Assembly (NCBI GenBank): GCA_026770705.1
Contig: JANJGN010000034.1
Location: forward strand, 6,138,001 to 6,202,000
Length of the DNA stretch: 64,000 bases
Reading direction: 5' to 3'
Source: Isurus oxyrinchus
Lineage: Eukaryota
Numbering within the stretch: the first letter of the stretch is position 1; the number at the start of each line of letters is the position of its first letter. Positions 53,285 to 64,000 of the stretch are shown one piece after another. The notes under the pieces are model-generated. The model saw only the letters and a program-made list of their open reading frames with translations. It was not told the DNA's origin and searched no databases. The position numbers and the translations under genes are program-made.

Positions 53285-53831
53285 GTAGTAATTCGTCGTG
53301 TTAAGGCACCAAAAATTGAGCAATTGTTTATCATGTTCTTTTATATCTCCTATTTTGTTTAAGTACGGTTTTTCTTTCAGAATTTCTTATTCAATATATA
53401 TATGGCAAATGTTAGTAGGGAAACGATGATATGAAGTATTTCCCTAGCTAAAGCGTAAATGCAGCACAAGGGGGCATAAATATGCATATAATATATTCAT
53501 CGATGAACACAATAAGAGATAAGACCATACTTCTTTTTATCAAATCGGTCTGTGACTGTGGAAATCGTTAGCAGTTCGAGTGATTGAGTGGAATAGCAAA
53601 GGTTTCTTTTCAGCAGTCACTGGTTCGATAAGGAAGTATGTTAAAGGGCATTATTCTATTAAGCATAAAAAAGTAAACAGAAATGACAATGATGTGGAGC
53701 ATATAGGTTGCATTGAACAGCAGGATATATAAGGTGTAAGGTGCTGTAGGGACTATGTAATAATGATGGACAGCTGTTATAAAATGCTATTGAAAGCTAA
53801 ACGTCAAAGAGTTGCACTTTCTTTGTTCCAG

Positions 53832-53867
53832 AGTTGAAAAAATGCCAAGCAGATTTAAAGGGTGCAG
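53832..53867 (+). CDS. 36-nt microexon, (E)LKKCQADLKGA
   Basis: cactttctttgttccAG|agttgaaaaaatgccaagcagatttaaagggtgcag|GTggag. Confidence 0.8.
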
Positions 53868-55672
53868 GTGGAGAATGTTCTTGGTGTCTCTTTGAAATAG
53901 TTGTTATCAAAGATAAACTAGTTATTCTTTCTGAGACTCAAAATTAACAAGACCTTACCAAAATCACTGCAAAGTTGGGCATCATTAAAGTTTCAATGTG
54001 CAAAGTTAACATTGACACCATGCAATCATCAAGTGGAGTGTGAAGTCATTCGATAAATTTAGCAGTGCTTGTTGCCTCTATGAGTTATGCAATTACGCTA
54101 AAGCCCTATCGATTTAATCACTGTCCTTCAAACTGACCCACAGGGCAACACAATTATCCTAATTTCCCCACATGTTTTGTTTTCTTTTGCCTCTCAGCTT
54201 ATATATCTGCCTCTTGTCACTTACAGTCGTGGCAATGTTTACTCTCTCAAGACACTTCACAAACTTGCAATGATTTTGTTGTATCGTCGTCCACACACTC
54301 TGACGAAGGAGAACAGCCCCAGTTGGCCCGAGTCTCGATTTTTGTTGTACATCCCTCATCGTCGGAAGTGTCCTGTGAAATCACTTCTCCAGTCTCCCTT
54401 TCGAAATCCTTGACATAGTTCTGAAAGATAGGCCACAGAACTTGGATGCAATGCGGCTTCGCAAATTTATTGCCCAGAAAGCTGTATTCAGCGAATGACG
54501 GCTAATTAGAAATTGATTTTGGATGGCAGTACAATACTGGAGCATATATAATTGTCCGTCTGTTATTGGCCCAGGAAGATATTCAATTTGTAAGATTTCT
54601 GGCATCTGAACCAATTAACCATTTCACTCTTAACGCTGAATTATTCGAAGTATCTGTGTCTGTTTTTATATAGTGTTCATCTTTATGAAAAATTGACACA
54701 TAGCAGTCTCACAGCTGTTATGTTGCATCACAACATCTCTAGAGTATTGTTGCGCAATGTTGCAAGCTTCCAGCTAGTCCGTCCATGCAGGTTTATCCAT
54801 TACAGGCTAACCCCCATATATTTCCACCTACTAAGTGCTCAGGGAATCCTTTATTATAATTTCCCGTAACAGCACATTATTTTAAAGAATTATTTACTTG
54901 ATTTGATTTAGCTTGTCCAGTTATGAAATATGCTACATGATTTACTGCTTGGCCGAGTCAGTTCATTATCTCATGATCTCCAATGGCATGTGGCTTTTTA
55001 CTCCAGAATCTTTATCAACTTGGCAAATTTCCCGTGCTGGTGCCTGGCTAAGCAGGGACATCGTGATTCCTTGAAACCCATGGTCTGTTGTCTTGGACTC
55101 GATACACTCCATTGAATCTTCACCCCTTAGCCTGCTCCCTACCAATTCGGCCTAAATATTTTATTTTGTGCCTCACACACTAGCTGGCTGGTTGGCACAT
55201 TAAACATTTCAGCTGAATATTGTTTTTAAGAAGAAGGAAAACCCACACCATTACATTTCACCACGGAGGTAAAAAAGCATAACATACGAGAGCTTTCATA
55301 AAATGAGAGAAAATTATGGGTTAGAATCAGTGAAACAAAGCAGTGCAGTGCAGAGGGAAGAAATGATTCTTAGGGGCTTCTTACACAGCTTTCAATGCCA
55401 CTGGATATCATATGAATCGTAGGATGGATGCACCTTGTGGAATTGTTTACCTCTACCGGGCAAGAATAAAGACCAACACCCTCACCACCACCGTGCACTG
55501 TTGGCTTGGAGCGACGATGACTCATCGGGCAATGTGAAACCTATTTATAACCCTACATGCCTAGTTACCTGACAGCAGCCGAATGACAAGGTAATTTGTT
55601 CGATAATAAATTTACTCAAACAGACACTAAGCAATATAAATGCATAATCTTTGATTATTTTCTATTTAACAG

Positions 55673-55699
55673 AGGAATTTCTTGCTGACAAAGATAAAG
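55673..55699 (+). CDS. 27-nt microexon, (E)EFLADKDK
   Basis: attttctatttaacAG|aggaatttcttgctgacaaagataaag|GTaatc. Confidence 0.8.
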
Positions 55700-55879
55700 G
55701 TAATCGTTTCCAACAAGGCAAGCTGCATAAGCGCATCAGGGAGAAAAAAAAAAGCATTGCTTATACGGAATTCCCTAGGGTGAACGATGAGAGTAGCAGG
55801 TTCATGTGGAGTGAACGAATGAAATAAGTACTGCTGGGCCGAATAATCGGTTCTTGAAATGAACCTTCCATTGAATTAT

Positions 55880-58080
55880 GGCAGAGAGTTATCCCACCGA
55901 TTTCCATTCGGACTAGATATGCTAGGACTCCTTGATGCCTTAGGATAAACAGTCAAGTGATGCCTTCATGTCAAGGACAGCCATTCTGAACTCAGCTCTG
56001 GCGTTCAGGTATATTCTTGTTTAAAATCGCGGTTGTACCGATGTCAGGGCCTGACTGGCCCTGGCAGAGCGTCAGTCAACAGGCTATTAATAAGCTGGTG
56101 CTGCTTGATAGCACTGTTGTTTGCACCTTCCTTCACGTACTAATGGTCGAGAGAAAACAGAAAGTTCGTTAATTGGGCGGCTATAATTGTCTGATTTTAT
56201 GTCGAGGATATACCTGGGCAATATACCACATTGTCAGGGAATGCCTGTGTTGTGTCTGTACTTTAATAACTTGGCTAAGTATGTGCCACATTCTGTAGCC
56301 GAAGCCTTCAGTACTATTGCTGGAATCTCGCCAGGGCTATTGGTGTTTAGAGTATCTAATGGTTTCAGCCATTTCATGATATCACGTGAATGTATTGATT
56401 TGGATGAAGACTGGCACCTCTGATGCTGCAGACCCCTGGAGGAGGCCGAGATGGAAAACCTACTCGGCACTTCTGCGTGAAAATTGCTGCAAATGCTTCA
56501 CCCTTATATTTCGTACTGATATGCTCAGCTACTCCATCATTGAGGATTGGCATAGTTGTGGAGACCATCCTCCAATGAACTGTTTACGTGTCCACCACCA
56601 TTCCCTATTGGATGTGGAAGGACTGCAGAGCTCAGATCAGATCCCTTGGTTGTGGGCTTGCTTAGTTCTGTCTGTCACTTGCTGCTTATGCTGTTTTGCA
56701 CGAAAGTAGACCTGCCAAAGTTGTTTCTTCAGCGGGTTCATGCTTCATTTATCGGCATGCTTGCTGCTGCACCTGACATGCTCTCCTGCTTAAATCATTG
56801 AACCAGTGTTGTCCCGCTGGGCTGGTGGTAATGGTTGACTGGGTCATATGCCAGGCCTAGAGTTTATCGATTGTGGTCGAGTATAATTCTGCTGCTGCTG
56901 ATTCCCACAAAGCCTCATGGATGTGCTCCCTTCAGTTGCTATGTATGTTCAAATCGAGCCAACTTATCACTGTCAGAGTCCCACGTAACACAATGGAGGG
57001 TGCCCTCAACATGAAGACAGGACTCTGTCTCTACAAGAGCTGTGCGGTGGTCACTCCTTCTGATTCTGAGATGGACAGACGCCTATGTTACAACCAATTT
57101 GGTGGGGATGAGATCAAGTATGTTTTCCACCTCTTGTTTGTTCCATCACCACCAGCCGCAGACCCAGTCTAGAAAATATGTCCTTCAGGGCACAGTGTGC
57201 TTTGTTTGTTGTGGTGCTACCGAGACACTCTGGGTGATAGACGTTGAAGTCCGCCAACAGGGTACATTCTGTGCAATTGCTAACGTCAGTTATGAAGCCA
57301 AGTCGTATTCAACAATGAGGAGTGTTGATTCATCAGCTGAGGAGCAGTGGAGCAGGGTGTAGGGTTGTTGGCAGTGGGCGTTATGTGGCAATCATTAGGA
57401 GTTTTCCTTGTCCATATTTGAGTTGACGGCACGAGAATTCATGGTGGCCAGATTCAATGTTGAGAACACCCAGGGCAACTCGTTCACTGTTGAATACTGC
57501 CTCATCTGTTCCCACATCTGCTGGGTACGTCATTTCGGTCGGGCTGGACATACCAATGGATATTGATGGTGATGTTTGGGACATGATCTGTCATGAATGA
57601 TTCCCTGAGTATGACTATGTCAGGCTGTCACTTGGCCAGTCTGTAAGACAGCTCTCCCAATTTTAGCACAAGCCACCAGATGTTGCTAAGGACGACTTTG
57701 CAAGTTCGACCGGGATGGGATTGCCGTCGTCGGTACCGATGCATAGATCGATTTAGATCATTTTTATTAACTTTATAGAGGTTTGATACAACTGAGTGGC
57801 TTAATAAGCCATTTCAGAGGGCATTTAAGATTCAAGCACTTTACTGCAGATCAGGAGTCAAATGTCTGCCAGTGCAGGTGAGGGCAGCAGATATCCTTCC
57901 TTAAAGGGCATTCATGAACAAGATGTGTTTTTAGGACATGGGACAATGGTTTCATGGTCATCAATAAACGTTTAACTTCAGCATTTACTTGAATTCAAAT
58001 GCCGAACCATGGGACCCAGAGCATTCCCCTGAGCCTTTCCATTGTCAGCTCCAAGGCAATGCTACAACGCCACCACCTAA
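55880..58080 (-). mobile_element. CR1/L2-group LINE 5' portion with SINE-like 5' end
   Basis: SRDIMKWLKPLDTLNTNSPGEIPAIVLK..LAKL and VALGVLNIESGHHE translations. Confidence 0.8.
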
Positions 58081-58153
58081 CCTTGGACACATATGGAAAT
58101 CTACAAATTATTTTTTGTCCTAGTTTGATGAATGTGCAAATCCGTAATTTCAG

Positions 58154-58199
58154 AATTAAGATACTGCTGGAAACTCAGTTTCACGATATTCAACAAGTG
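58154..58199 (+). pseudogene. Possible decayed exon (starts ELRYC; 46 nt, out of frame)
   Basis: aatttcAG|aattaagatactgc...ttcaacaagtg|GTgact; both ends resemble exon 15542, which follows the paralogous DKD exon. Confidence 0.25.
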
Positions 58200-58759
58200 G
58201 TGACTTTTCTGGGTTTTTAGCAGCAGCACTAACAGCGGGAAAGTGGAAGTTCTCAACAATAAGCTGATACTTAGGGATTGTGCACTCAGCGGTCCCCAGC
58301 ACCTTCTGGAGATGCTTAGAATTATAGAGAAATGCTTCTGAATGTCCCCATTATTCATCATATGTAGAGACTCCTGCAATCATTCACAATTTCACATGAG
58401 TGATGGCTATAAATGCTGACTGTGTTACTGCTCTTACCTGCGATGCACTAAAACAAAAGAATGGCGTGGCTGAAAGTACGATCACTTCTCTCAATAAAAA
58501 CAGGATTACTTATCCAGGAAAATACAATGAGATATTTAAACAATTAGATTTCTTTTGGCTTTGTTTTTTTGAATTTGTGGTGTAAATAATGTGAAAAACT
58601 TCGGAGCATTGAATATTTTTTTTGTTCTGATGTGTATATGTTGATTCTCTGAAAGATTATGAGTTCTGAAAACAAATTTTGAATATGCAACAAACAAATA
58701 TCAGGCACCTCATTATAGATATTAACCAATCGATGGATTAAAAATGCTGATGAAACCGA

Positions 58760-60660
58760 TTTTTCATTTGCCGATCATCTCCAATCAGACTCCTCCGATT
58801 TCTGACACTAACAATAATGGTAAAAATATATTTTTATTCTTTGTCCTGTGAAGCTCCAACATAACTTTGAATTCATCAAATAAGTTTCTTCTCATCCGTC
58901 CCTTCCCTGCGGAAAACCAACCCAAATTACTAGGTCCATCGATGAAAATCAACTTGTTCATCCCCTGAATCATTCTCGTAAATCTATACTGCAACATCTA
59001 CAAAAGCTTCACACTCTTCCCTGAGCGTGGGACAGATACACACGCATAGTAACAATTCAAACAGAAGAAGCAGTAGGCCATTCTTCCCCTTAAGCTGATA
59101 CTTCGAACTACTACAATGCTATTTTCCAACAATATCTCTACATCCCTCGGTATATTTAATAGCTACAAATCGGCAAATGCCTGGCTAAAATATACTGAAC
59201 GACGGAGTCCTAAGAGCCCTCTCGGGTACAGAATTCCAATGGTTAATCACCCAATGCGCGTAGAAATGAATCGTAATTTCAATCCTAGATGCCATACCCC
59301 TCATTCAGCAACTGTGGTCCTGATCACAGACACCCCAGGTAGGGGTATCACCGTGTCTGCATCTACCCTTTCGAGAGCTTTACTAATGTTGTATGCTTCA
59401 AATGGTCACCTCACATCCTTTTTAACTCCAGAGAATATACTTGTCTACTCAATAACTCCTCACATGAAAAAATCGGCAACCCAGGGATCAGTTTGCTGGA
59501 CCTGAATTTCGCCCCCTCTGTGATAAATAAATCCTTACTTAAGATTACTTAATTGCTTAAGAATACAGCTAATTACAACTTCATTTTAATGCCTGCCTAA
59601 ATTTATGAACCCCATGCCTTTTTAAAGCACGATTTGAAAACATCCCTGCCTGCTTCAAGAATTGGCAGATATATAACCACAGATCTCTCTCCATAAACGA
59701 CTTCCTTCGAATGTTTCCATTTAATTTATATTGCCTCTTGTTGTTTAATTCAAACTGTGTCACCTCACAATTATTTACGTAAAACTTTTGTCCAGGCTTA
59801 TCAGTTCCAAGGAGATGAGCAATCACTGTAGTTAAATTGGCCGGCTGTTAGTTATTGAGTTTAATCTTACACCATTCACTGGAAAAAAGAAGCAGGAATC
59901 ACGGCTCTCCAATGTCATCCACGTACTGAAGAACAGTGGCAGAAAATGTCCAGAACCTTTAGAGGTTCCGCCATTACTTCCCTCAGTATCTTTAAATACA
60001 TCCCAACCTGTCCTTGTGGCTTTTCGATGCCAAATGCATCCAGTCTTTCAGTATCCCCATTTAGCAATTTACACCCCGCCCAGCAATTCAAATGGCACCT
60101 GCTGCACCACACAATTGGCAGTATCTGAAGTTGAATAGACATTTGAAAGACCTTCAATTATTGGGCAAAATTGTCCTCTACCTTCACGTGTAATTCTTCA
60201 AATGTGTACCCTTTCGGCACCGCAGCTGCTGCCAACATCCTCTTACGATTGATATGCACACAGAAGATTGGCTGTTCCTTTCCATGTTATCTGCTATTCC
60301 CTCTCTCTACTCTATCCTTGCTGCTTTTTTATTTGCACTTCAATTTCCATGTCAGTATTTTGTGTGCAAAATATTTCTCATTGTTACTATTGAACTAACC
60401 CGTAACATATACAATGTTTCCTCTCCTCATTTCACAATCCTCTCTTCAATCATCCAGTAAACACTGGCCTTTTCTACCTGCTTCCACATTCGTTGAAATG
60501 AATCAATCAACTAGACCTAAGTCTGTCAATTTTTGATTCTAATTTAGCTCAGGCAATCTTGTTTGTACACCACTGAAATTTATCCTACTTCAAATAATCA
60601 TTCTAAACTCATTATAGCTGCTCTTTTCCTTCTCATGGTTATCGGAAACTTAACAGGCTA
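58760..60660 (-). mobile_element. CR1 remnants (two adjacent pieces)
   Basis: LQYRFTRMIQGM..LGWFS..RMRRNL and ERDL..-like RT C-terminal motifs. Confidence 0.7.
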
Positions 60661-60989
60661 CCACTTCCCGAAATCTTCTGCTGCGAAGACTTGACCTATT
60701 GACCTTAAGTTTACCCTAGAGGCAGATGAAACAACGACAAAGGCAACAATAGAGTCTCTTGATTTTTCAGAACGGTGCAGAGCAGAACAGACTGAGGCAG
60801 AGGCTGTCACCATGGCTGAAAAATAGCGGGGGAGGGCGGAACTGATTGGAGGAAGCAGCAAAGCGGCTGATAAATCAGATTTGCATAAGATGGTGGAAAT
60901 GATTGGAGCAGGAGGCACAGGTGATCGAGTTTTTAGAGCTAACTTTGTGTGCTCCAAAATATACATATAACATATAATAGGAAGCTAGG

Positions 60990-62200
60990 ATTTTAGCATG
61001 ATACAGGTGGTGGTGCTGATTCTTGGGCATTGGGAGGAGTTCGGGGGCAGGAGACACAATTTACAAAAGGGCGAGTTGAACTTCATCGGGACTGTGAACA
61101 AAGTGCTCGTCGGCAAGTTCACAAGAACGAATGGCCAATTTATGGCCAAATACGTAGTTGCATAGGAGGCAGCATATATAGAGTATTGACATATAGCACC
61201 TAAAACATTCAGTGTGATGGACAGTAAGGGTAGCAAGGGCAGAGAATATACGCTGTGTGTGCACTAGAATGTTGGTCACCAAGTGTGGCTCGGTAGCACC
61301 ACTGATGCCTGAGCTGGCTAAAGCCCGAATGACGTGTGCACTTATCTTGGCTTGTGTCAGGTATTGAGGGAACCAAAAAAGGTGAGAAAATCCACTAACT
61401 ATCGCCTTATCATTCACTGGTGCCCTTGTAGGCGTGAACGGAGGGCATTGTTTGTTGATAAGAAGTTCTATCTTCAATCTAGGATGCATTCAACGTATTC
61501 TATAGCAGGTTCTGACTTCTAAATCAGCTAAATTCAGTACACACCTGGTTGTTCATAATTGGGCACCATGGAACGATGACAGCAATTAGCAGCGGCAGAA
61601 TTGTATGACCAGAACTCTGAAGCCCCATAGCCCAGAATAGCCCTCAGTCTAACGTTACTATGAGGTTCGTGAGGACCTCTGGATCAATATGACAGTCAAT
61701 GGCAACTGAACCGCCAGGCAAAGGATCAAGCCCTAGCTCTGCCGCCCTGCCACATCCAGTTCTAAAAGACTGTGGCAACATCAGGAACTCACTCAAGATG
61801 GAAAGTTCACAAAAATCGGAGCACACACTGATGGCAGCATTCAGCAGGTGTTGGAACGGACAATACTAAAACATTTTCAGCAATCAACAGTTAGAAGTGC
61901 AAAGTGGATGACCCATCTTGGCCTCTTCCTGAGATTTGCAATATCACAAATACAGGATTTCAGCAAATTTGCTTCATTCCACGTAATATCAAGTACAGCA
62001 GAAATCCAAGCAATCGCAATAAACCCTGATGACATGCTGGCCGAAACGAAGTCATATGCTCCAGGACTATCCATGCTTGCAGTCCAGCTGTTCCGGTACT
62101 GTGGGTGTACCAGCATCAAACAGAATGCAGCATTTCAAGATAGCAGCTTGCCGCCACATTCTCAAAGACAATTATGGATCAGAAAAAAATGTTTCACTTG
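60990..62200 (+). mobile_element. CR1/L2-group LINE endonuclease-region remnant
   Basis: caccaagtgtggctcggtagcaccactgatgcctgagctggc, shared with the other copies. Confidence 0.7.
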
Positions 62201-62289
62201 TCAGTAACGGACGCATCTGAAAACATTATAGAACGTTGGAATGAAATGCGATGCGATCTTTCCAAGTCTGAACAGAATAAAAAAAATGA

Positions 62290-62670
62290 CTGATTTGTAG
62301 CAGGCGATGATGTACTGGTGATGTAAATGGACAAGTAGTCTGTAGACCGAGATTGATGCTCTGGGGACTTGATGTCAAAAGCTAAAATGGCAGCTTGTAG
62401 AATTTAAACCAATCAATAGAATCTGAGGCAGGAAGTAAACTATAGCATGGATGGATATAGTAATTATAATCATGAAAATGTTATTCACTGTCGTGCAAAA
62501 AGAAAGATTGGGATCACTAATGTCCTTTACGGACATTTTCCATCATTACCCGGATTGACTGAAAGCCGAAAATAATTTGTTTGACTATTAAATGGCTTTT
62601 GAATTGCCTTAGCAAGCCACTCAGCTCAAAGGCAATTAGGAATGTGCAACGAATAACAGCCCTCACAACG
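62290..62670 (+). mobile_element. SINE sharing its 3' end with the CR1/L2-group LINE
   Basis: cactaatgtcctttacgg...agcaagccactcagctcaaaggcaattagg. Confidence 0.55.
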
Positions 62671-63599
62671 ACACACACATAAAGGAAAAACTGTAAAGGA
62701 ACAATGGCCAATCCTGGTGCGTGAAATTTTCCTGTCATAGGCTGGGCAGATGCGAGAAAGACCAAAAGATAAAGTGGTCTATGAACTGTTTCTTGCATGA
62801 GGAGCTATATGAAGAAAAATAGAATTAAAACAAGAGATTGAATGATACATGCCATGTGAGTTTTTCAAGCGAGAGCAAGGAGAGAGACAACACATAGGGA
62901 GTAGCAATGAACTGGCCAATGAAACTGCAACCAGAGAAAAAGAGGAACGAATAGCAATCAGCGTACAATTGAGCTCATGCGTCTTCACAGACATGCAGAC
63001 GTTAGCCATTTGTAAGGAGGCAGACCTATGAGTGACAAGTGGAGGCAGAGAGCAAGGCAATAGTGCTTAATGGATACTACCTATCGGTGTTTACGATGTG
63101 ACACTCTGCTTTACAATACCACCAACTAGCACAGCAAAAGCGCTTAATCAAGAAAGGTTGAAAAGGTATTTCAGTAACTAGGACGACACCATTTATTATC
63201 ACAGGAAGGGAACGTTTTGAAAAGAATAATCACAGGAAAAAAGAACACAGCCGACATGTGGAAAATATTCAGTTAATGAAAGAGAGCCAGTAGATGTTTG
63301 CACTTTGCCAAAGAGGTGCATTTTCTTTTTCCGCATTGATAGAGATGGTGGGTGATGTGAATGGTTATTTGAGGACAGCCTACATATTATTTCCAGTGAT
63401 GCCAAACGTTGGCCTGTGGCAGACATTAAGGATGAATATCAATCAACTGCACGGGAAAGTAGCCTTCCCAGCAGAATGAACAGAAAATTGTTGCTTGTGC
63501 ATTTTTCGGTGAAACACAACAATAGGTCATGCTGAAAGTGGCTAAAAGATTTTTAAAATGCGTTCTTCCGATTCATAAATCAAAATATCGCGGACAAAG

Positions 63600-64000
63600 G
63601 GAGGTGTAATATGCTAAAGCTTTATAAAGGGTTTTTAACTGCCTGGATTAGTGCAGCTCCAATGACACTCAGGAAGCCTGACACTATCCAGCACCCAACC
63701 GATAACATTCAACACCACCACCACCGACACAGGGTAGAAGCATTGTGTAATATCAACATGACGCACAGTAGGAAATTGCCTAGGCTCCAAGATAGCAGCT
63801 TCCAACCGCACGACCGGTACCATCCAGTGGGAAAAGGTAACAAATACATTACAGCACCACAACCTGGAATTTCCCCATCCAGGGCATTCAACATCATGTC
63901 TTAAAAATCCATTAGCGTTTGTTCACTGTTGTTGCCTCAAAATCGTGGAACACCATCCCGAAAAGCATTGTGTGCATACCTACTCCGCATGAACTCCACC
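63600..64000 (+). mobile_element. CR1/L2-group LINE 3' fragment
   Basis: gcctggattagtgcagctccaatgacactcaggaagcctgacactatccag, similar to 12850-13250. Confidence 0.7.

Larger units (their letters stand above)
813..55699 (+). other. Internal portion of a multi-microexon gene encoding a long heptad coiled coil (identity unresolved; butyrophilin/BG-like architecture possible)
   Basis: 18 paralogous AG..GT-bounded exons of 15/27/36 nt, all phase 1-1, all on the same strand, open when spliced (504 nt, 168 codons), with an L/C heptad pattern. Confidence 0.8.

Noticed and set aside
1-64000. Prokaryotic systems (CRISPR arrays, operons), rRNA/tRNA genes, Ig or TCR segments
   Set aside because: No regularly spaced repeats, long ORFs, structured RNA genes or Ig-domain exons were recognised; the window is vertebrate-type intronic DNA

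Overview
Eukaryotic DNA with no long ORF. The repeat content (degenerate CR1, L2 and RTE LINEs, Deu-type and V-type SINEs, Harbinger elements, a Penelope-type fragment) looks like a cartilaginous fish (shark); this comes from recalled repeat consensus sequences, not a search. Most ORF-track entries are retroelement debris or noise. The main signal is one the ORF track cannot show: at least 18 intact + strand microexons of exactly 15, 27 or 36 nt spread over about 55 kb (813-55699). Each is bounded by AG/GT, is phase 1-1 and is stop-free. Spliced together they give 504 nt of E/K/L-rich heptad coiled coil with periodic Cys (for example DLSKCEETLKVL-EEKLKGKEK-ELIDCQNGLKEL-EKVKK-DLKGCLEARNDT-EVKLKVKET-ELKKCQADLKGA-EEFLADKDK). 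The exons are paralogous, occur in recurring modules with similar flanking introns, and some copies are decaying. The start, end and any globular domains of the gene were not found in the window, so its identity is unresolved; the architecture recalls the heptad mini-exon tails of butyrophilin and chicken BG genes. The introns also hold a structurally complete fossil Harbinger transposon nested in a CR1 tail, a roughly 290-bp inverted repeat and a degenerate hammerhead-like motif. Repeat boundaries are approximate; exon coordinates were counted base by base.
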